Below are positions 58,238 to 64,000 of a stretch of DNA of 64,000 nucleotides, in pieces. The notes under the pieces are model-generated. The model saw only the letters and a list, made by a program, of their open reading frames with translations. It ran no database searches and was not told the origin of the DNA. The first letter of the stretch is position 1. The number at the start of each line of letters is the position of its first letter. This DNA comes from Alphaproteobacteria bacterium (GTDB lineage: Bacteria; Pseudomonadota; Alphaproteobacteria; CALKHQ01), in contig CBDDFZ010000002.1 in assembly GCA_965227515.1 (NCBI GenBank), positions 1,184,001-1,248,000 of the forward strand, given 5' to 3'. Made by a program: the position numbers and the translations under genes.

Positions 58238-58602
58238 GGGTCGGTGGCGTCCATGCACATGCCGTCTTCCAGCCGGCGCACCTCGACCGAGCCGTCGTAC
58301 TCGAAGATGGGGCACTGGCGCGCGATCGCAGCAGCCTCGTCTGCGTTGGCCGCGCGTATGACGCAATAGCCGCCGACCGCCTCCTTCGATTCCGCGAACG
58401 GCCCGTCGACGACGAGCCCGCCACGGCGGACGAGCTGGCCGCCCGGCCCCAGCGCCTCGCCGCGCTCGAACCGGCCGTCGCGGGTCAGTTCGGCGACCCA
58501 CGCCTCCCACTTGTTCAGGTGCGCCTCGACCTCGCGCGCCGAGAGGCCGGGCGTCTGGGGCGCGCCGCCGCGATACAGGAACATGAAGCGGTCCATGGTC
58601 AT
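58234..58602 (-). CDS. YciI/DGPF-family protein
   Basis: VDGPFAESKEAVGGY, SVEVR. Confidence 0.92.
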   Translation of the reverse strand: MTMDRFMFLYRGGAPQTPGLSAREVEAHLNKWEAWVAELTRDGRFERGEALGPGGQLVRRGGLVVDGPFAESKEAVGGYCVIRAANADEAAAIARQCPIFEYDGSVEVRRLEDGMCMDATDP

Positions 58603-58813
58603 CTCCTCCACATCGGCATGTCATACCGCGCAGTCCATCCAGGCAACATGCATGAACCGAGACGCATGAGCCGGGCCGGATCGGACGACGGAACGCGTGT
58701 AACGCCATCACATTGATTTCAATGCCGGTTTCGTCCCGATCAGGCGTGCGCAGCCGTCTCGTCGTTGGATGCCGCAAAAACGCGCGCATCGAACCGAAAC
58801 TCGGGAGACGACG

Positions 58814-59299
58814 ATGATCCGATCACTTGGCCGCCATGCGATGCGCGGCATGACACTCGGCCTGGCCCTGTCGGCCGCAACGGCGGCGCTGGCGCAGGAC
58901 GGCCCCGACCCGGCGGTGCTGGTCGCCGGCAGCGAGGCGTTCTTCGCCACCATGAACGCCGGCGACATGCCGGGCTGGCTGGCGACCATGGCGCCGGACG
59001 TGGTGACCTTTGAGCCGGTCGGCACGCCGCCGAACGTCGGACATGAGGGCGTGATGGCCTGGATGCAGCGCAATGCGGAGATGGGCATGACGTCCGTCCA
59101 CGTCACGCTGGACCGGGTGATCCCGGCCGGCCAGGAGACCGCGGTGCTGTGGACGGCAGACTTCACCCTCGCCAACGGTGCGGCGGTGACGGTCTCCGGC
59201 GTCGATATCCACCGCTTCGACGACGACGGCCTGATCGTGGAAGTGCGCGGCTATTTCGACCCCATGCCCATGATGGCGGCGATGGCGGCAAACCAGTGA
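58814..59299 (+). CDS. Secreted NTF2/SnoaL-like protein
   Basis: Signal peptide, D....EPVG.PP..G, SGVDIHRFDDDGLI. Confidence 0.85.
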   Translation: MIRSLGRHAMRGMTLGLALSAATAALAQDGPDPAVLVAGSEAFFATMNAGDMPGWLATMAPDVVTFEPVGTPPNVGHEGVMAWMQRNAEMGMTSVHVTLDRVIPAGQETAVLWTADFTLANGAAVTVSGVDIHRFDDDGLIVEVRGYFDPMPMMAAMAANQ

Positions 59300-59313
59300 G
59301 CGGGAGACGGACA

Positions 59314-59682
59314 ATGGCGCAAGACGTGAGGATCAACTGGTTCCAGATCCCGGCCACCGACCTTGAGCGCGCAACGGCATTCTATGCCGACGTGCTGCGG
59401 GCCGAGACCATGCCGATGACGATGCCCGGCGCGCGCATGCAGGCGTTCGTATCGGGCGGCCGCCCGGTGGGCGCGATCGTGGAGTCCGAGCATGTGGCAC
59501 CATCGGACCAGGGCACGTTGATGTTCCTGGATGCGGGCGGGCCGGTCGGCGATGCGCTGGCGCGAGTGGAGCGCGCCGGCGGGCGCATCGTGCTGCCGCG
59601 CACCGAGATCGGCGAGTATGGCGTGATCGGCCAGTTCCTGGACACTGAGGGCAACCGCCTCGCGTTCCACGGGATGAGTTAG
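59314..59682 (+). CDS. VOC/glyoxalase family protein
   Basis: NWFQIPATDLERA..FY, AGG.I, FLDTEGNR. Confidence 0.9.
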   Translation: MAQDVRINWFQIPATDLERATAFYADVLRAETMPMTMPGARMQAFVSGGRPVGAIVESEHVAPSDQGTLMFLDAGGPVGDALARVERAGGRIVLPRTEIGEYGVIGQFLDTEGNRLAFHGMS

Positions 59683-59707
59683 GGCCTGTCAGCGTGTTCT
59701 GAGCCGA

Positions 59708-59844
59708 CCCTCACCCTCCCGTCCGGCGTTGCCGGCCGCATCCATCCCCTCTCCCGAGATGGGAGAGGGGATGGATGCGGCACCAAGACCCCTCTCCCCG
59801 TGTGGGAGAGGGAGGGGCCCAGCCGAAGGCTGGGAGGGTGAGGG
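59708..59844. repeat. CCCTCACCC...GGGTGAGGG nested palindromic repeat between convergent genes
   Basis: Inner hairpins GCATCCATCCCCTCTCCC-GAGAT-GGGAGAGGGGATGGATGC and CCCTCTCCC-CGTGT-GGGAGAGGG. Confidence 0.8.
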
Positions 59845-59848
59845 GGCT

Positions 59849-60310
59849 CTAGCGCCCGCGCAGCGCTGCCTGCACCGCGGCGTCGAGGGCGTTCAGGAAC
59901 CGGCTGCGGTCGGCCCTGGCGAAGGGCTTGTTGGTGCCCTTGATCTCGCCCATGTCGCGCAGGTCGGCGGTGAGCGCGCGCATCGCCACCGCCGAGCCGA
60001 TATTGTCGCTGGTGAACGGGCGCCCGTCCGGGCCGATGGCTTTTGCGCCCCGCTCCAGGCAGCGCCCGGCGAGCAGGATGTCGGCGGTGATCGCGATGTC
60101 GCCGGCGCCGATGTGCTCCGCGATCCAGTCGTCGGCGGCATCGAAACCGTCGCCGACCACCACCGGGTGGACGCGCGGATGGGTGCCGAGGCGCATACCC
60201 TGGCCGCTGACCAGATGCACCGTCAGCTTGCAGCGCTCGGCGACCCGCAGCACCTCGTCCTTCACCGGGCAGGCGTCGGCATCGACATAGATCTCGGGCG
60301 AGCGCGCCAT
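59849..60310 (-). CDS. YaiI/YqxD (UPF0178) family protein
   Basis: IYVDADACPVK, DAADDWI, ITADI.LA. Confidence 0.93.
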   Translation of the reverse strand: MARSPEIYVDADACPVKDEVLRVAERCKLTVHLVSGQGMRLGTHPRVHPVVVGDGFDAADDWIAEHIGAGDIAITADILLAGRCLERGAKAIGPDGRPFTSDNIGSAVAMRALTADLRDMGEIKGTNKPFARADRSRFLNALDAAVQAALRGR

Positions 60311-60333
60311 CGGTGCGTGCTGTGGGCGACCGG

Positions 60334-60831
60334 CTACTCGGCCGCCATGCTGCCGTGGGCGCGGCCGGGCAGGGTGCCGCGAATGACGTAGGCCAGCGTC
60401 TCCACGACCTGTTCGGGCGTGGCGCAGGTGGCGAGTGCTGCCGCGTCCACCTCCTTCAGCGCGTGGTTGACCGCCGGGTCGTGCAGGGTGATCAGCGCCT
60501 TGCCGAGGGCGGCGGCCATGCCGGCATCGAACGCGGCATTCCACTGCTTGTACTTCTCGCCGAAGCGCACCACGACCACGTCGGCCTCGCCGATCAGGGT
60601 GCGGGTGCGGATGGCGTTCATCGAGGCACCCTTGCGGTCGTGCCAGAACGCATTGTCCTCGGCGCCCAGGATCACGGCACCGCAGTCGTCGCTGTCCTCG
60701 TGCACCGTCACCGGCGCGTCCAGCCGCACCGGCAGCCCGGCGGCGGCAACCCCGTCGCGAATGCGCTCGCGCCAGTCGGAGTGAATCTCGCCGGAAAGAT
60801 AGACGCGCCAGGTGCGCTCTTCGGTGGTCAT
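60334..60831 (-). CDS. YtoQ family protein
   Basis: VYLSGEIHSDWR, FGEKYKQWNAAFDAG, HALKEVD. Confidence 0.92.
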   Translation of the reverse strand: MTTEERTWRVYLSGEIHSDWRERIRDGVAAAGLPVRLDAPVTVHEDSDDCGAVILGAEDNAFWHDRKGASMNAIRTRTLIGEADVVVVRFGEKYKQWNAAFDAGMAAALGKALITLHDPAVNHALKEVDAAALATCATPEQVVETLAYVIRGTLPGRAHGSMAAE

Positions 60832-61020
60832 GGCTTGCGGCCCTCCCGTTTGTCCATGGGAGGGGGATAGCGGTCCCGGGCCGGGGGATCAATGGGCGGC
60901 GACCCTGTTGCCGGCACAATATGGGGTGTTGGCCCCATACAGGCGGCAGGTCTGGGTTCCCATGTGGTGACGGGCAGACGGCCACACCCCGTGGCCCGAT
61001 TCAATTCGGTGTAAGAATCA

Positions 61021-61196
61021 TCGTCGCCCTCGCACTTGTTGCGAGGGCCCATTTGCGGGGCGGACTGGGCGACGCCAACCAAAGCTGGCAGGGCTGGCCC
61101 ATCAGGTTTGGCGGCCGCCCCGCGAGATGGCGCTTCACCTCAAATCTTTGGCGTACCGGACAAAAATGGGTCCTCGCCACAAGGGCGAGGACGACA
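61021..61196. repeat. ~177-bp REP-doublet/MITE-like element (family B)
   Basis: TCGTCGCCCTCGCACTTGTTGCGAGGGCCCATTT...AAATGGGTCCTCGCCACAAGGGCGAGGACGACA. Confidence 0.82.
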
Positions 61197-61280
61197 GTTT
61201 GTTCTATTGCAGGCATCAAGCGCGCCCTGCGACTTATGTGGAAACCATAAGGGGGCAGAGGGCCGGGTCGGGCCAGGCGG

Positions 61281-63320
61281 TCAGGCGGCGCCGCGCCGCC
61301 GGCCGCGCTCGCCGCGCGCACCTGCGCCGCCGGTCCCGGCCTGTTCCTCGAACAGCTCGGCAAGCTGGTCCATCATGGTGCCGCCGAGTTGCTCGGCATC
61401 GACGATGGTGACCGCGCGCTCGTAGTAGCGGGTGACGTCGTGGCCGATGCCGATCGCCATCAGCTCCACGGTCGAATACTTCTCGATCCAGTCGATCACG
61501 CCGCGCAGATGGCGCTCCAGGTAGTTGCCGGCGTTGACCGAAAGGGTGCTGTCGTCCACCGGCGCGCCGTCGGAGATCACCATCAGGATGCGCCGCTGCT
61601 CGGGCCGGCCGAGCAGGCGGTTGTGCGCCCACAACAGCGCCTCGCCGTCGATGTTTTCCTTCAGCAGGCCCTCGCGCAGCATCAGGCCCAGGCTCTTGCG
61701 GGCCCGGCGCCATGGCGCATCGGCCGACTTGTAGATGATGTGGCGCAGGTCGTTCAGCCGGCCGGGGTGCTGCGGCTTGCCGCCGGCAATCCACTTCTCG
61801 CGGCTCTGGCCGCCCTTCCAGGCGCGGGTGGTGAAGCCAAGGATCTCCACCTTCACCGCGCAGCGCTCCAGGGTGCGGGCCAGGATGTCGGCGCTCATCG
61901 CCGCCACCGAGATCGGGCGGCCGCGCATCGAGCCGGAATTGTCGATCAACAGCGTGACCACCGTGTCGCGGAAGGTGGCTTCCTTTTCCAGCTTGAACGA
62001 CAGCGGGTTCATGGGGTTGGCGACGACGCGCGCCAGCCGCGCGCAATCCAGCAACCCTTCCTCCAGGTCGAAGTCCCAGCCGCGCTGTTGCTGCGCCATC
62101 AGGCGCCGTTGCAGGCGGTTGGCCAGCCGCGAGATCACGCCTTGCAGATGGTGAAGCTGCTGGTCGAGCTGCAGGCGCAGCCTGGTCAGCTCGTCGGTGT
62201 CGCACAGTTCAGACGCGTCGATCGTCTGGTCGAACTCGGTGGTGAACGCGTGATAGGGCGGCTCGCCGGGCACGTTGCGGAAGTCGGGCTCGCGGCGCGA
62301 GGGGTCGCCGATCTGCTCCATGTCGTCCTGGCCGTCGCCGGGCTCCATCTCGGCGTCCATCTCCTGGGCCGCCTCGCCCTCGCTCTCGTTGTCGGCGTCC
62401 GTGGTGTCTTCTTCCTCGGTGGCGCCCATCGCGGTCGGGTTCTCCGAGTCGTCGGACTGCTCCTCGCTGTGGTCGTCCGGCTGCTCGGTATCGGTGTCGT
62501 CGTCGCTGTCCTCGGTCTGGTCGTCGCGCAGGTCTTCCTCGCCCAGGTCGAGCCCCTGAATGAGCTGCCGGGCGATGCGCGCGAACACGTCCTGGTCGTC
62601 GATGTTGCGGACCAGATTGCCGATCTCGGCGCCGACCTTGGCCTCGATGTCCGGGCGCCACAGGTCGACCATGGCGCGCGCCGCCTCGGGCGGCACCTGG
62701 CCGGTCATTGCCTCGCGGGCCAGCAGGCCGATCACATCGGCCAGCGGGGCGTTGTCGCGGTTGGAGATGCGGGCATAGCCGCGGGTGCGGCACTGCTCGG
62801 TCAGCGCGGCTTGCAGGTTGTCGCGCACGCCCTGCATCCGCCGGGCGCCGATCGCCTCGCAACGGGCCTGCTCCAGCGCATCGTAAACGCCTCGGGCGAG
62901 CGCGTTGGCGGGCATCGACTTGGCATGCAGCTTGGCGTTGTGGTGCCGCTTCTTCAGCGCAATGGCATCGCTGTAGCCGCGCACCTGGGCGACCTGATCC
63001 GCCGGCAGGTCGCGCGACGGCATCGGCAGGTGCACTTCGTTGCCGACGATTTTCGGGCCATCGGCGGTCAGCGCGACCTCCAGCTCGGGGTCGTGGGACA
63101 TCGCCCGGACGACGGCGCCGGTGACGCGGCGGAAGTTCTCGACCACCGCCTCGCGCTCGCGGCGCGCCGAGGCGCCACGCAACTTATCGGACGCTTCCCT
63201 GGCGATGCGGTCGGCGGTGGATTCGGCGCGCGCGACGCCCGGGTCGCTGGGCTTGTCGCCGGACGACGGACCGGAGCGCACGTGCTTCTCCGCCACCTTG
63301 CTCAAGGTGGTCGTGGACAC
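61281..63320 (-). CDS. cobT: Cobaltochelatase subunit CobT (VWA domain); start uncertain
   Basis: Acidic linker, [29 protein letters not shown]. Confidence 0.95.
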   Translation of the reverse strand: MSTTTLSKVAEKHVRSGPSSGDKPSDPGVARAESTADRIAREASDKLRGASARREREAVVENFRRVTGAVVRAMSHDPELEVALTADGPKIVGNEVHLPMPSRDLPADQVAQVRGYSDAIALKKRHHNAKLHAKSMPANALARGVYDALEQARCEAIGARRMQGVRDNLQAALTEQCRTRGYARISNRDNAPLADVIGLLAREAMTGQVPPEAARAMVDLWRPDIEAKVGAEIGNLVRNIDDQDVFARIARQLIQGLDLGEEDLRDDQTEDSDDDTDTEQPDDHSEEQSDDSENPTAMGATEEEDTTDADNESEGEAAQEMDAEMEPGDGQDDMEQIGDPSRREPDFRNVPGEPPYHAFTTEFDQTIDASELCDTDELTRLRLQLDQQLHHLQGVISRLANRLQRRLMAQQQRGWDFDLEEGLLDCARLARVVANPMNPLSFKLEKEATFRDTVVTLLIDNSGSMRGRPISVAAMSADILARTLERCAVKVEILGFTTRAWKGGQSREKWIAGGKPQHPGRLNDLRHIIYKSADAPWRRARKSLGLMLREGLLKENIDGEALLWAHNRLLGRPEQRRILMVISDGAPVDDSTLSVNAGNYLERHLRGVIDWIEKYSTVELMAIGIGHDVTRYYERAVTIVDAEQLGGTMMDQLAELFEEQAGTGGAGARGERGRRRGAA

Positions 63321-63400
63321 GCGGCCGGCGCCGGTGCGATGCAGGGTCGCGGACCGGCCCGGTTTGCGTCCGTCTTTTGGCGGCGCGCCGGACAAGGGCT

Positions 63401-64000
63401 TTAGCTCCGCAAGGCGGTGGCCTGGGCAGGCAACTCCGTCCCGAAGCAGCGCTGGTAGTATTCCGCCACCGTGGCGCGCTCGGTCTCGTCGCACTTGTTC
63501 AGGAACGTCATCCGGAACGCCAGGCCGATGTCGCCGAAGATCTCGGTATTCTCGGCCCAGGTGATGACGGTGCGCGGCGACATGACGGTCGAGATGTCGC
63601 CGGCCACGAAGCCGGCGCGGGTCAGGTCGGCGACCGCGACCATGGCCGAAATGGTCTTGCGGCCGTCCTCGGTGTCGTATTTCGGCACCTTCGACAGCAC
63701 GATCTCGACCTCGGTGTCGTGCGGCAGGTAGTTCAGCGTGACCACCAGGCTCCAGCGGTCCATCTGGCCCTGGTTGATCTGCTGGGTGCCGTGATAGAGG
63801 CCCGTGGTGTCGCCCAGACCGACGGTGTTGGCGGTGGCGAACAGGCGGAACGACGGGTTGGCCTGCAGCACGCGGTTCTGGTCCAGCAGGGTGAACCGGC
63901 CGCTCGCCTCCAGCACCCGCTGGATCACGAACATCACGTCAGGCCGGCCGGCGTCGTACTCGTCGAACACCAGCGCGCAGGGGTTCTGCAGCGCCCACGG
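63401..64000 (-). CDS. cobS: Cobaltochelatase subunit CobS (AAA+), partial
   Basis: [26 protein letters not shown]. Confidence 0.95.
   Translation of the reverse strand, partial: PWALQNPCALVFDEYDAGRPDVMFVIQRVLEASGRFTLLDQNRVLQANPSFRLFATANTVGLGDTTGLYHGTQQINQGQMDRWSLVVTLNYLPHDTEVEIVLSKVPKYDTEDGRKTISAMVAVADLTRAGFVAGDISTVMSPRTVITWAENTEIFGDIGLAFRMTFLNKCDETERATVAEYYQRCFGTELPAQATALRS

Noticed and set aside
61389-63404. 671-aa plus-strand ORF
   Set aside because: Shadow of cobT

Overview
High-GC alphaproteobacterial (Rhodospirillales-like) chromosomal window. It holds housekeeping genes (trxB plus a LsrB-like LysR, rpoH-rluD, prs-rplY-pth-ychF, rpmF, class I lysS, cobS-cobT) mixed with catabolic and accessory modules. 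These modules are an N-heterocycle deaminase/creatininase/ABC cluster, a sugar ABC system without ATPase, hicAB, a DUF1127/STAS/BTAD-hydrolase module, tandem YARHG proteins, a stand-alone flgE with sigma54 and ftr-like sites, a lone Flp pilin, DUF1800-DUF1501 and an ECF sigma/YciI pair. Intergenic regions carry several families of REP-like palindromes. The best signal is a complete IS110-family (IS1111-type) element at 54468-55887, inserted at the CT core of a GTAG REP. Its downstream non-coding end contains four segments matching the target and the circle junction, which reads as a bridge/seek RNA. A second IS110 end at 1-150 is inserted at a CT in a different palindrome family. A lower-GC wHTH-Fic gene is preceded by an exact 23-bp-period direct-repeat array. 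No rRNA, tRNA or CRISPR array was seen. All product calls come from motif recognition by eye, and start codons are best estimates.
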